From Polyangiaceae bacterium (GTDB taxonomy: Bacteria > Myxococcota_A > Polyangia > Polyangiales > Polyangiaceae), in the NCBI GenBank assembly GCA_965222375.1, contig CBDCTZ010000016.1, positions 640,001 through 704,000 of the forward strand: a stretch of 64,000 nucleotides of DNA, given 5' to 3'. The stretch's first letter is position 1; each line of letters opens with the position of its first letter. Below, piece by piece: positions 9,936 to 19,674 of the stretch. The notes below the pieces were generated by a model, which saw only the letters and a list, made by a program, of their open reading frames with translations, made no database searches and was not told where the DNA came from. A program made the position numbers and the translations under genes.

Positions 9936-10439
9936 TCAGTCGCCGTAGCCGGCCCCCGCCCGCTTGCTTGCGTGACGTTCAGGGGGTTGCTCGCCCTCGA
10001 AGAAGAACTCGCACTCCGTGTCCGTAGTCAGGTCGCGAATTCCGCAGGCCGTGTCCCCGATTCCGCTCACGAGCAGATATGCGGCCGCCATGACCAAGAA
10101 GATGTACCCAACCGCCTGCTCACCAGCGTCTTCGGCTGGCCCTTGCCAACGGTCTTCGGGGGCGTGCTCCTTCTGCTCTTTGTCGGAGCCGGCTCCCGAT
10201 GCGACCGCAGCAATGGCAGCACCAGCCGCACCGATTTCTACTGGGCCAACACTAGTTGCGACGATCCCACGAATACGGCGTAGCCTCAGGTACTCGCGAC
10301 GATAGGCCGCGTCATCATCCCGGTACTTCGCGCGCAGGGCGTCTTTGTCTGGGGTGGCGAATCGAAACACGCAACCAGGCAGAAACGCGAGAGCGACGAC
10401 GGCCGCGACCAAAACATGCAAAAGACGTTTTCGAGACAC
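9936..10439 (-). CDS. Hypothetical membrane lipoprotein
   Basis: GTG start, LPGC lipobox-like, two hydrophobic segments. Confidence 0.55.
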   Translation of the reverse strand: MSRKRLLHVLVAAVVALAFLPGCVFRFATPDKDALRAKYRDDDAAYRREYLRLRRIRGIVATSVGPVEIGAAGAAIAAVASGAGSDKEQKEHAPEDRWQGPAEDAGEQAVGYIFLVMAAAYLLVSGIGDTACGIRDLTTDTECEFFFEGEQPPERHASKRAGAGYGD

Positions 10440-10871
10440 TGGTGTGCGCCCCTCGTGCAAACGACATGCCCGTCTTGGCCAGAAGCGGACCTGACGAACG
10501 CCGAGGTTTTCGGGCCGCGAGTGTGAACGCACCGCACAGCTTCCGTGCCCCGCCATCTTCAGTGTCCCTTCGGTGCCGAGCCTCTGGGCTACGCGCTCCG
10601 CGGCGGAAGCTTCTCGGTTCCGATTGAAAGCTCGAACCCGGCAGCACGCATCCAAGAGTCGTGCACCCGCCGTGATGGCGACGCCCACTCCAGTTGGCGC
10701 AACACCGAGCGGGCTCAGGGTGTATCTAAACCTCACGAGTGCTGTCCTTCGTGGACTTGAATTTGCGGTGATGAGCCTCAGCAAGCCAGGACAAGCCACT
10801 GATCTCGCCTGCGCGGCCGGCCAGCTTTGGCGATTGCACCGCGCGCACCTGGGTTACACTCTTGCGACTGC

Positions 10872-11744
10872 ATGAATGGTCGGCGGTTGCGTTCGGAGTG
10901 GGCTCTAATCGCGGTGGCGTGCGCGCTGAGCCTGGGCTGCGACGGGCCCACGGCGCAGGCGCAACCCGCGGCTTCGGGCGAGGTGTCGATGACGCCAAGG
11001 GTGAGCAGGCCCCCCAAAAAACCAAATCTTCCCTGCTCGAAGGAAATGACGTTGGTGGGCGACTTCTGCATCGACCGCTGGGAAGCGCATACGGTGCTCG
11101 CGGACGATCCGACCAAGCGCCGCTCGCCCTACGAAACCTTGCGCGATGGCGAAAAGCTGATCGCCAAGAGCGCGCCGGGAGTCACCCCCCAGGGCTACAT
11201 CAATCGTATCGAGGCGAGTGCAGCCTGCGTTGCGGCGGGCAAGCGGCTGTGTAGCGCCAGGGAGTGGTACCGCGCTTGCGCCGGCGAAAAGCACCGCCGC
11301 TATCCCTACGCGGCTAAACAGGAGCAGCGAAAGACCTGCAACACCCGCAAAGGCCATGTCTTGACCAAGGTGTTTGGCAAGAAGGTCTTCTTCACCAAGA
11401 TCAGTCACTACAACAACCCGAAGGTCAATCAGGAGCCCGGCTTCCTTGCGCCCTCGGGCGCCTACGACAAGTGCACCACCCCCGAAGGCGCCTTCGACAT
11501 GGTGGGCAATCTGCACGAATGGGTCGCCGACGACGTCAGCTCGGCGCTTCCGGAGCAGATCCCCTTGGAGTACGGCGAACACCGCTTGGGTCCGCGCGGC
11601 AGCGGGATTTTCATGGGGGGCTACTACTCGTCCAAGAACGAACACGGTCGCGGCTGCGCCTACACTACGGCGACCCACGCGCCCGATTATCACGACTATT
11701 CCATCGGCTTTCGTTGCTGTCGGGACGCCAAACTGAAGCCCTGA
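10872..11744 (+). CDS. SUMF1/FGE-like (formylglycine-generating-enzyme fold) lipoprotein
   Basis: FCIDRWEA, GKRLC..EW, FDMVGNLHEW, IGFRCC. Confidence 0.85.
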   Translation: MNGRRLRSEWALIAVACALSLGCDGPTAQAQPAASGEVSMTPRVSRPPKKPNLPCSKEMTLVGDFCIDRWEAHTVLADDPTKRRSPYETLRDGEKLIAKSAPGVTPQGYINRIEASAACVAAGKRLCSAREWYRACAGEKHRRYPYAAKQEQRKTCNTRKGHVLTKVFGKKVFFTKISHYNNPKVNQEPGFLAPSGAYDKCTTPEGAFDMVGNLHEWVADDVSSALPEQIPLEYGEHRLGPRGSGIFMGGYYSSKNEHGRGCAYTTATHAPDYHDYSIGFRCCRDAKLKP

Positions 11745-11804
11745 GTCTGGACACTCGGTTCTCGCGACCCATACTACTGCGCCCCGGAACGCCGCGGAGC
11801 CGTC

Positions 11805-12512
11805 ATGGAAAAGCAACTGCCCATCAACATCTGGTCCGATATCGCTTGTCCCTGGTGCTACGTTGGCAAGCGCCACTTGGAAACTTCCCTCGACGAGTTC
11901 GAGCACGCGGGCGCGGACGCGGTGAAGCTGACCTGGCGCGCTTTCGAGCTGGATCCGGGCGCACCCGCCGTGCGGGAGCCCGTGGCCTACGCGGAGCGTT
12001 TGAGCAAGAAGTATAACGTGAGCGTCGACGACGCCGACGCGATGATCGAGCGCATGACGGACACGGCCAAGGGTGTCGGTTTGGACTTCGACTTCAAGAG
12101 CATTCGCCCCGGCAACACCTTCGACGCCCATCGGCTGCTTCACCTGGCGCAGGAAAAGGGTCTGCAGGGCGCCATGAAGGAGCGCTTTCTACGCGGCTAC
12201 CTGTGTGAAGGCGTCGCCATCGGAGATACCTCGGAGCTGACGTCTCTGGCCGTGGAGGTCGGGTTGGATGCGGACGAGGTGGCCTCGCTGCTGGCCAGCG
12301 ATAGTCACGCCGACGCTGTGCGCGCCGATGAAGGCGAGGCCCGCGTCATCGGAATTCGTGGCGTGCCCTTCTTCATCATCGGGCGCTATGGCGTCTCCGG
12401 TGCCCAGCCTCCAGCGGTCTTGAAGCAAGTGCTGGACAAGGCCTGGGGAGAGGTGAGCGCCGCGCCGGAGATGTTCGCCGAGGGTGCCGCCTGCGGGCCC
12501 GACGGCTGCTAG
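11805..12512 (+). CDS. DsbA-family oxidoreductase (FrnE-like)
   Basis: SDIACPWCYVG, NTFDAHRL, GVPFF, SGAQP, C-terminal CGPDGC. Confidence 0.92.
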   Translation: MEKQLPINIWSDIACPWCYVGKRHLETSLDEFEHAGADAVKLTWRAFELDPGAPAVREPVAYAERLSKKYNVSVDDADAMIERMTDTAKGVGLDFDFKSIRPGNTFDAHRLLHLAQEKGLQGAMKERFLRGYLCEGVAIGDTSELTSLAVEVGLDADEVASLLASDSHADAVRADEGEARVIGIRGVPFFIIGRYGVSGAQPPAVLKQVLDKAWGEVSAAPEMFAEGAACGPDGC

Positions 12513-12614
12513 CCGCGCGCCGAATTCTGGCGTGCCGGCCACGCGCGCCGATAGGAGGCTCCGTGCCGCGTGGACGTCGCTCGAGATGCGGGGTAGTTCT
12601 CGTTTCACGAACGC

Positions 12615-13112
12615 ATGCGTCGGCCCCAAGTCCGCCCCAAAATCGAGCTTACCGTGGAGTTGCCTCCAGAGGAGGTCCTGCGTCGATTCAAGGAGTGCGT
12701 GAGGGAGCGCGAGGTTCAGGGCAGCGTGCTGGGAAGCTGCATCGAGGTGACCGTGCTCGACAAGCAGCAACACTTCTGGTCGCCGCAGCTCAGTCTCCAA
12801 GTGGATGACCACGACGGCGGAGCCCTGATCTATGGTCGCTTGGGTCCACAGCCCCAAGTGTGGACCTTGCTGGTCGCGATGTACGCGATCGTTGGCATCA
12901 GCTGCGGCTTCGCGATGTTCTTCGCCTTTTCTCAGTGGCTGCTCGACGAACCGCTATGGGCCCTGTGGGCCCTGCCGCTCGGTTTAGGACTCACCGGGCT
13001 CGTCTACGGCAGCGCATACATTGGACAGCACCTAGGTGCCGATCAGTCCCATGAGCTTGCGCGCGTGGTGACTCACGCCTTGGAGCTTCCTGAAGACGCG
13101 ATGAACGTCTGA
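12615..13112 (+). CDS. Hypothetical membrane protein
   Basis: HFWSPQL motif and two TM helices. Confidence 0.7.
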   Translation: MRRPQVRPKIELTVELPPEEVLRRFKECVREREVQGSVLGSCIEVTVLDKQQHFWSPQLSLQVDDHDGGALIYGRLGPQPQVWTLLVAMYAIVGISCGFAMFFAFSQWLLDEPLWALWALPLGLGLTGLVYGSAYIGQHLGADQSHELARVVTHALELPEDAMNV

Positions 13113-13222
13113 CCCACGGCGTACGCGTCACACCTCGCGTCACTGTTACGCGTTCTAGGCCACAAACCTCGCCGGGAGCGCAGCAAAAACGCAGTGGCAC
13201 TGCACAATTCCAGTCTGGATAT

Positions 13223-13239
13223 ACGGCACGGCACGTGCT
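13223..13239 (+). promoter_or_regulatory. Candidate sigma54 -24/-12 promoter
   Basis: CGGCACGGCACGTGCT with GG-N10-GC; predicted start site falls next to ATG 13252. Confidence 0.5.
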
Positions 13240-13251
13240 CTACACCACCTC

Positions 13252-14163
13252 ATGAGTCTTGGCTTAGCTCGCTTCGCTTCTCGTTCCTTGCTTGCCTTGG
13301 CCTCTCTCGCGTGCGGCGCTTCCTTGTTTGCTTGCTCTTCTGATGATGGCGGTTTCACATCCTCGGAGTTCGCGTCGCGCTACTGCGCACTGTTCAAGCC
13401 GTGTTGTGCAGACGCAGGCTATCCCGCCTCTGATCAAGCGGGCTGTCGCTTCTTCTTCGGCTCAGTGCCGATAGCGGACGAAGCCGCAGCCAAGCAATGC
13501 CTCGCCGACTTCGAAGCGCAGGTGAACGACCCCAACTTCTGTGACCTGACCGATGGTCGCCCACCGCCGGACTCGTGCCAAAAGGCGTTCCCACCGGGCT
13601 CCTCAGTGGGCGGTGGCAAGAAACCCGGCGCTGCCTGCGAGTCGAGTTCGGAATGCGTGGGCGATGCCACCTGCGATCGCCAAAACGGCTTCAACGAGCC
13701 TGGCATATGCGCGGAGTTCGTCGTGGTTGCCGAAGGTGAGGCCTGCATCGGAACCAAGAGCGGCCAGAGCAAAGGCTGGTCCGGCGATCCCGTGAACAAC
13801 CAAATCGCCCTGTGTGATCACGACGCGGGCTTTCACTGCCAGGGAGGCACCACCCGGGTATGCGCCAAACGGGCTCAGATTGGCGAGACCTGCAGCGGCG
13901 GAGATTCCGCTTGTGTCGACGGTGCCCATTGCAAGGGCACGTGCGTGCAAGACATCGCGACCGGTAGTGCGTGCCCGACCTTCTCGGACAAATGCAACGA
14001 GGCCGCGTTCTGCGCCGACTCGACCAAGGTGTGTGAGCCGAAGCTGGATGACGGCAAGGCCTGCGACCGCGCTAGAGAGTGCTTGAGCGGTTTCTGCGAC
14101 AACAAGACCTGCGCTAAGAACCCGGGCTTTGGCAACCTGGTGCTCGGCCTCGTCTGCGCGTGA
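13252..14163 (+). CDS. Cys-rich lipoprotein
   Basis: Lipobox LFAC, repeated GxxCxxxxxCxxGxxC modules. Confidence 0.8.
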   Translation: MSLGLARFASRSLLALASLACGASLFACSSDDGGFTSSEFASRYCALFKPCCADAGYPASDQAGCRFFFGSVPIADEAAAKQCLADFEAQVNDPNFCDLTDGRPPPDSCQKAFPPGSSVGGGKKPGAACESSSECVGDATCDRQNGFNEPGICAEFVVVAEGEACIGTKSGQSKGWSGDPVNNQIALCDHDAGFHCQGGTTRVCAKRAQIGETCSGGDSACVDGAHCKGTCVQDIATGSACPTFSDKCNEAAFCADSTKVCEPKLDDGKACDRARECLSGFCDNKTCAKNPGFGNLVLGLVCA

Positions 14164-14294
14164 CCTAGGTTTTCGTTTGTTGGGTGCGTCATTTTCCCTT
14201 GGCACCAGACTGCCCACCCATCCCGATTCACCGCCGCCACCGGTAGCCCCCGGGCAAGGTTGGCCAGCTTAGCGGAGCTCAGCGACGAGTCCTC

Positions 14295-14858
14295 GTGCTG
14301 TGCGACGCGGGTAGTCAAGATCAGAAGCCGGGTGCCAGTTGCCAAGCATCGTCGGAATGCGCTGGACAGAGCTACTGCGATGTGCCCGCCGGCGATGGAC
14401 CTCGCGTGTGTGTGGAGGTCGTGACGGTCGGCGAAGGAGAGGCATGCATCGGTGAAAAGCGCGGCAACAGCTGGGGCAAGTCCGGCGACCCAGTGAACAA
14501 CCAAGCTCCCGTGTGCGATCACGATGCCGGATTCTACTGCGCCTCCCTCGCTACTAGAGTTTGCGCCAAGCGCGCTCAAGTAGGCGAAGCCTGCGCAGAC
14601 TTCACTGATTGTGTCGATGGAGCGTACTGTAAGGCTAACGTCTGCGAGGAGCAGCTCCCGGCCGGGAGTACGTGCTCCGGCTTTTTTGACTGCAACGAGG
14701 CGGCCTACTGTGCCGATTCGACGAAGACGTGCGAACCACGAATGGAAGACGGAAGTCCCTGCGGCAAGAGTGAAGAGTGCCTGAGCGACTACTGCGACAA
14801 CGGCACCTGCGCTTTCAACGCCTTGGGTGGGGCACTCCTCGCATTCGTCTGCGCGTGA
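14295..14858 (+). pseudogene. N-terminally truncated paralog of the upstream Cys-rich lipoprotein
   Basis: Aligns to the C-terminal two thirds of 13252-14163 (GEACIG, SGDPVNNQ, CDHDAGF, RVCAKRAQ); no signal peptide. Confidence 0.6.
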
Positions 14859-15075
14859 CCAGGCCTCCGAGCTGCTTGTTTTCCGGGGAGCGCTGCGGAC
14901 GGACCAACGTGGTTGGTCGCTGGTAGTTTTCGGGGAGTGCCGGAAGCTAGTCGCATACTCGTCACATTCTTCCTCCGACGCGCCGCCTCCACTGCCTGCG
15001 TTCAATGGGTCCAAACGCTGCGGCCAGCGGAAACGTCGCGTCGGCGAGACAATATGCCCGCGCGGCGGCCCTATA

Positions 15076-15495
15076 ATGGCGTCTCCGATGCAGCCGCTGT
15101 TCCAATGGGACCAGTGGATCGCCGACTACCCGCAGGAGGTGCGGCAGGCCTTCTTGTACGAGCGGGATGCCGAATGGTAGGGATTGCGTGAGCATGCCGC
15201 GCTATCGGGCAGCAGTGACGACGACGCGGTGGTTCGTGTCGCCTTTTTGCTCGAGTTCTGGGTGCGCGGCGCCTATGTCGGCCTGCCCAGCGATGACTAC
15301 CCGGTGGGCGATCGCTGTTTCTACTGGTGCGCTACTCTCGCGCCGGTGCTCCAAGGCGAGATTAGCGACCCAGTGACGTCAAGTATCGCGACCCCAAACC
15401 AAAAGGAAATGCCGCGCCAGCCAGGTTTTCCGACGCGAACTCAGCGGAATTCAGCGCTTAGCCCTCGCTTTCCGACTCAAAGCGGTCAAGACTGA
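15076..15495 (+). pseudogene. Hypothetical gene interrupted by an in-frame TAG
   Basis: MASPMQPLFQW..DAEW, TAG at 15178-15180, then GLREHAALSG.. continues in frame. Confidence 0.45.
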
Positions 15496-15514
15496 GAGCA
15501 AGACGGGCCCTCGG

Positions 15515-17254
15515 ATGATGCGAAGTTTGGGTGTGGTGGCGCTGTTGCTAGCCGGTTGTGGTGGCGACGACAGTTCGGGTGGCGGTGGTGGCAGCGCGGG
15601 CGCCGGTGGCAGCGCGGGGTCGGGTGGCAACTCCGGCGCTGCGGGCACTGGTGCTCAAGGTGGCGCAGGTGGAGCGACGGGTGGCGCAGCGGGCACCGGT
15701 GGCGTGGCACCTGCGGCAGGGTGCCCCCCGGTCAGTTCAGATCCGGACATCAAACAAGCCTTGCCGCAAGCCACCGTGGACCTGATCTACCCGACGCAGT
15801 CCGGTCAGGTCGTTTCCGTCGCATCGGGTCAGAGCTTGCAAGCCGCCATCGACGCGGCGCAACCCGGCGACACCTTGGAGCTCGAAGCCGGCGCGACCTT
15901 CACCGGGCCTTTTACCTTGAAAAAGAAGTCGGGCTCCGGAGTCATCGTGATTCGTACCGCCACTCCAGACGCTCAGTTCGCGGCGCCGGGCACCCGAGTC
16001 TCGCCGGCCCTGAGCGGCAAGATGGCCAAACTCGTGGGCCAAGGTCCCAGCGTGGTCCGCACCGAGAAGGGCGCGAGCGGCTACCGCCTCGTGGGCCTCG
16101 AGATCACGGCCGAAGCGGGTCAGTACGTTAGCTCGATGGTCAGGTTCGGCGCGCCGGGTAGCGCGAGCACCCAAGCCGATTTGCCCAGCGACATGATCGT
16201 CGATCGCTGCTACATCCACGCAGACCCCGTCGGCGGGCGACGCGGAGTGACCCTCAACTCTGCATCGTCGGCGGTGGTGGATTCGTACTTGGCCGAGTTC
16301 CGAGAGAAAGGCGCGGACTCCCAAGCCATCGTTGGTTGGGATGGTGCCGGCCCCTTCGTGATTCAGAACAACTACCTCGAAGGAGCATCGGAAAACGTGA
16401 TGTTCGGCGGTGGCGATCCGGGTGTTCAGAATATGGTTCCGAGCGACATCCACATCTGCCGCAACCACTTCAAGAAAGACCTGGCGTGGAAGGGCGGTGG
16501 CTGGAACGTCAAGAACCTGTTCGAGCTCAAGAATGCCCGTCGCGTCGTCGTTGCCGGCAACGTGATGGAGTACAACTGGTCCGACGGGCAAGTCGGCTTC
16601 GCCATCCTGTTCACGGTTCGCAATCAGGACGGCACCGCACCCTGGTCTGCCGTCGAAGACGTCACCTTCTCGCACAACATCGTGCGGCACACTGCGTCGG
16701 GCATGAACATTTCGGCCAGCGACAACCTCCACCCGTCACAAGAAACGGCACGCTTGTTCATTGCGCACAACCTCGTCGACGAAATCGACTCCGCGACCCA
16801 CGGGGGCCAGGGCCGTGCGTTTCAATTCGTCTATGGCGGCGGCAAGGGCAAGGACATCAAGATCGATCACAATACGATCACTAAAGCCGACAACTCCGCC
16901 CTGGTCATGGGAGACACCGCGCCCTACGGCACAAACTTCATCTTCACCAACAACGTGGTCGCGCGGGGCCAGTACGGTGTGTTCGGCTCCGGCCAGGGTG
17001 AGGGAAAGGGTGCTCTCGATCACTACTTGTCGTCCTACACCATGAAAAAGAACGTCTTCTTCGGTGGTTCAACGACGTCCGCGACCTATCCGCCCGACAA
17101 CGCGGTGTCCGCCACGGCCGCCGAAGTTGCTTTCGACGCGAACTTCGCTCTGGGCGTCGGAAGCAAGTTCAAGGGCACGGCGACCGACGGCAGTGACCCT
17201 GGCGCCGACATCGCGGCCGTCACCAAAGCGACCGCGGGTGTAGTTCAGCCCTGA
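15515..17254 (+). CDS. Lipoprotein with right-handed parallel beta-helix (pectin-lyase-like)
   Basis: Lipobox LAGC, Gly linker, LQAAIDAAQPGDT, repeated xxxNxx beta-helix coils. Confidence 0.8.
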   Translation: MMRSLGVVALLLAGCGGDDSSGGGGGSAGAGGSAGSGGNSGAAGTGAQGGAGGATGGAAGTGGVAPAAGCPPVSSDPDIKQALPQATVDLIYPTQSGQVVSVASGQSLQAAIDAAQPGDTLELEAGATFTGPFTLKKKSGSGVIVIRTATPDAQFAAPGTRVSPALSGKMAKLVGQGPSVVRTEKGASGYRLVGLEITAEAGQYVSSMVRFGAPGSASTQADLPSDMIVDRCYIHADPVGGRRGVTLNSASSAVVDSYLAEFREKGADSQAIVGWDGAGPFVIQNNYLEGASENVMFGGGDPGVQNMVPSDIHICRNHFKKDLAWKGGGWNVKNLFELKNARRVVVAGNVMEYNWSDGQVGFAILFTVRNQDGTAPWSAVEDVTFSHNIVRHTASGMNISASDNLHPSQETARLFIAHNLVDEIDSATHGGQGRAFQFVYGGGKGKDIKIDHNTITKADNSALVMGDTAPYGTNFIFTNNVVARGQYGVFGSGQGEGKGALDHYLSSYTMKKNVFFGGSTTSATYPPDNAVSATAAEVAFDANFALGVGSKFKGTATDGSDPGADIAAVTKATAGVVQP

Positions 17255-17289
17255 TCGCCAAGGTCTGAACCGAGTGTAACGCGGGGTCG

Positions 17290-17559
17290 ATGCCCGAACT
17301 CGCCCGTCGCGTTTCCTCGACCGCACTCTGCGTCGCTCTAGCTGCACTGCAGTGCCAGGCCGCAGCACCGATCGAGACGGGTGGCGACACGGCTTCGACC
17401 CCGCCGCCCGTCGTGCCGACTCGTGAAGCCGATGCGGCGGCGAAGTCGAACCAGTTGCAGGTTGACATTGTGGTGCCAACGGGCGCTTCCAGGATCCTGG
17501 TCCTAGGGTGGTACACCGAGAGCGAAGCGCCGATGGTGAAACCACTGGGTCACCCGTAG
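17290..17559 (+). CDS. Short hypothetical secreted protein, possibly truncated
   Basis: Signal-like N-terminus and Pro-rich linker, 89 aa. Confidence 0.35.
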   Translation: MPELARRVSSTALCVALAALQCQAAAPIETGGDTASTPPPVVPTREADAAAKSNQLQVDIVVPTGASRILVLGWYTESEAPMVKPLGHP

Positions 17560-17659
17560 AGGGCTGGTCGCAGACGGCCGCGCCGACACGCCCACCGTTT
17601 TGCCTCAAGGATTGGCGCAGGGCGCCGTACTAGTTGATCTCAGGCAACACCCGAGATCC

Positions 17660-19180
17660 ATGCCAACCACACCGCCGCTGCGCGCCTTTTTGGACAATCT
17701 GTCCGAGCAAGACCTGATCGAGCGGCTCCACCTCGCTCTCGAGGGTTCCGGGCTGGGGATCTGGGACTGGGATCCCCGCGACAATTCGGTCCAATTCGAC
17801 CGCAGGTGGTGCGAGATGCTCGGCCTGGATCACGGGAGCGTCGCCATGGAGCTGAGCACCTGGGAGTCGCGGGTGCACCCAGACGATCTCGCCGACTGCT
17901 ACGCGGACATCAAGGCCCACGTCGAAGGCAAGACAGACCGCTACGAGAACGTTCACCGGATGCGCCACGCCGACGGCCGTTGGGTGCACATCCTCGATCG
18001 AGGACGGATCGCGTCCCGGGACGGAGCCGGCAACCCGATCCGATTCACTGGGACTCATCTGGATGTCACGGCGACGGAGCAAGCCAAGCGCGTTCTCGAA
18101 GACCAGCATCGGATCTTGCGAGAATTCGTGCGGCACGTCCCCGCGCCGGTGGCCATGCTGGATACGAAGCTCAACTACATTGCGACCAGCAGTCGCTGGG
18201 GCGCCAGCCTCGACGCCGCCAACCCGGACAAGACTGGGCATCTACGGCTCGAGCAGGTGCCGCACCTTTGCGAGCGCTGGCTCGAGTTGTGCGCTCGCGG
18301 GCTGCAAGGCGAGCACGTGGCGATCGAGGAGGAGCACCTGGAGCGGCCTGACGGCTCAGCCTGCTGGTGGAGCTGGGAAGTGCACCCTTGGCTCGATGCA
18401 GATGGCTCCACGGGCGGCGTGCTCGTGAGCGCAACCTGCGTTACGGACGCCGTGCTCGCACGGCTAGCTGAAGCCCAGGAAAACCGATTGGCTGAGCTGG
18501 GTCGAATGGCGGGAGAAATCGCCCACGAGATCAACACACCGCTGCAAATTCTGGATCTGGAGTCCGAGTCGATCGTGGAGGAGCTGTCCAGCCCAGAGCC
18601 TTGCCAAGATGACCTGTCGGAAAGTGCCGCGGCCATCGCGTGCACGGTGACGCGGCTCTCCGAGGTCGTCAAAGCGATGCGGGCACTGTCTCGTGCTCCA
18701 AGTAACGATGCCCCGGCAGCCGTGAACGTCGCCGAGGTGTTGGCGGACGTCCGGGCCCTGAGCTCCAATCGGTTCAGCGCAAACGACGTCGCTCTGGTGT
18801 TGAATGCCGAACTCCCCGAGGGCACAGAGGTCCTCGCGCACGCTTCGGACGTGGGACAAGTGCTGCTGAATCTCCTCAACAATGCGCTCGACGCCGTACG
18901 GGGTCGGCAAGATGCCACGGTTACCCTCGACGTGATGCGCGACGGGGACGAAGTCGCTTTTCAATGTACGGATAACGGCCCTGGGGTCAGCCCCCAGGTT
19001 CGCGATCGCGTGATGCAGCCATTTTTCACCACCAAGCCAGTAGGCGGGGGTACGGGGCTGGGGCTGAGCGTTTCTCGGTCCCTGGCCAAGAAGAACCACG
19101 GTGATCTTCGCCTGGCGCCTTTTGACAACGGCGCCAGGTTCGTTCTGACGCTCCCCATGAACGCGGACCGCAGCGGATGA
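17660..19180 (+). CDS. PAS-domain sensor histidine kinase
   Basis: GIWDWD and VHPDD PAS motifs; AHEINTPL H-box; NLLNNALDA, DNGPG, FFTTK, GTGLGL. Confidence 0.95.
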   Translation: MPTTPPLRAFLDNLSEQDLIERLHLALEGSGLGIWDWDPRDNSVQFDRRWCEMLGLDHGSVAMELSTWESRVHPDDLADCYADIKAHVEGKTDRYENVHRMRHADGRWVHILDRGRIASRDGAGNPIRFTGTHLDVTATEQAKRVLEDQHRILREFVRHVPAPVAMLDTKLNYIATSSRWGASLDAANPDKTGHLRLEQVPHLCERWLELCARGLQGEHVAIEEEHLERPDGSACWWSWEVHPWLDADGSTGGVLVSATCVTDAVLARLAEAQENRLAELGRMAGEIAHEINTPLQILDLESESIVEELSSPEPCQDDLSESAAAIACTVTRLSEVVKAMRALSRAPSNDAPAAVNVAEVLADVRALSSNRFSANDVALVLNAELPEGTEVLAHASDVGQVLLNLLNNALDAVRGRQDATVTLDVMRDGDEVAFQCTDNGPGVSPQVRDRVMQPFFTTKPVGGGTGLGLSVSRSLAKKNHGDLRLAPFDNGARFVLTLPMNADRSG

Positions 19181-19623
19181 CAGACGGCGGGAGTGAGCCT
19201 CTGATCCTGCTCGTGGATGACGACCCACTGCTCTTGCGCGCGCTGAGCCGCAGCTGTCGATGCTGCGGCCTGAAGACCCAAACCGCAAGCAATGGTCAGG
19301 AGGCGCTCCAGCTCCTTGACCGCGGATCCTTCGACCTGATCGTGTGTGATGTGCGCATGCCAGTCATGGACGGACGCGACTTGCTTTGCGAGCTGGCGCG
19401 CCGCGGGCCGCTGAGCGGCCCCTTCATCTTCTTGACCGGGCACTGCGACTATCCGGATGCTGAATTGCTCGACTTGGGCGCCGAAGCGGTGGTCAAGAAG
19501 CCAATGCGCGCCGCAGAGTTCCGGAATCTGCTCAGAAAGTACGCTGCGCCCCACGCCGGACCGCGATCCCTGATCAGCCCAGCGCCGGAGAAGGGCGAAG
19601 CCGCCACCAAGCGCTCTACCTGA
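19177..19623 (+). CDS. Single-domain response regulator
   Basis: LLVDDD, CDVRMPVMDG, FLTG, KP; ATGA overlap with the kinase. Confidence 0.92.
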   Translation: MTDGGSEPLILLVDDDPLLLRALSRSCRCCGLKTQTASNGQEALQLLDRGSFDLIVCDVRMPVMDGRDLLCELARRGPLSGPFIFLTGHCDYPDAELLDLGAEAVVKKPMRAAEFRNLLRKYAAPHAGPRSLISPAPEKGEAATKRST

Positions 19624-19674
19624 CGGGCACGACGCCGAACCGAGTTCAGCCAGGTTCAGATTTCCTCGACCGGG

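Noticed and set aside
10440..10871. Long intergenic region as a possible ncRNA or riboswitch
   Set aside because: No recognisable tRNA, tmRNA, SRP or riboswitch motif by eye.
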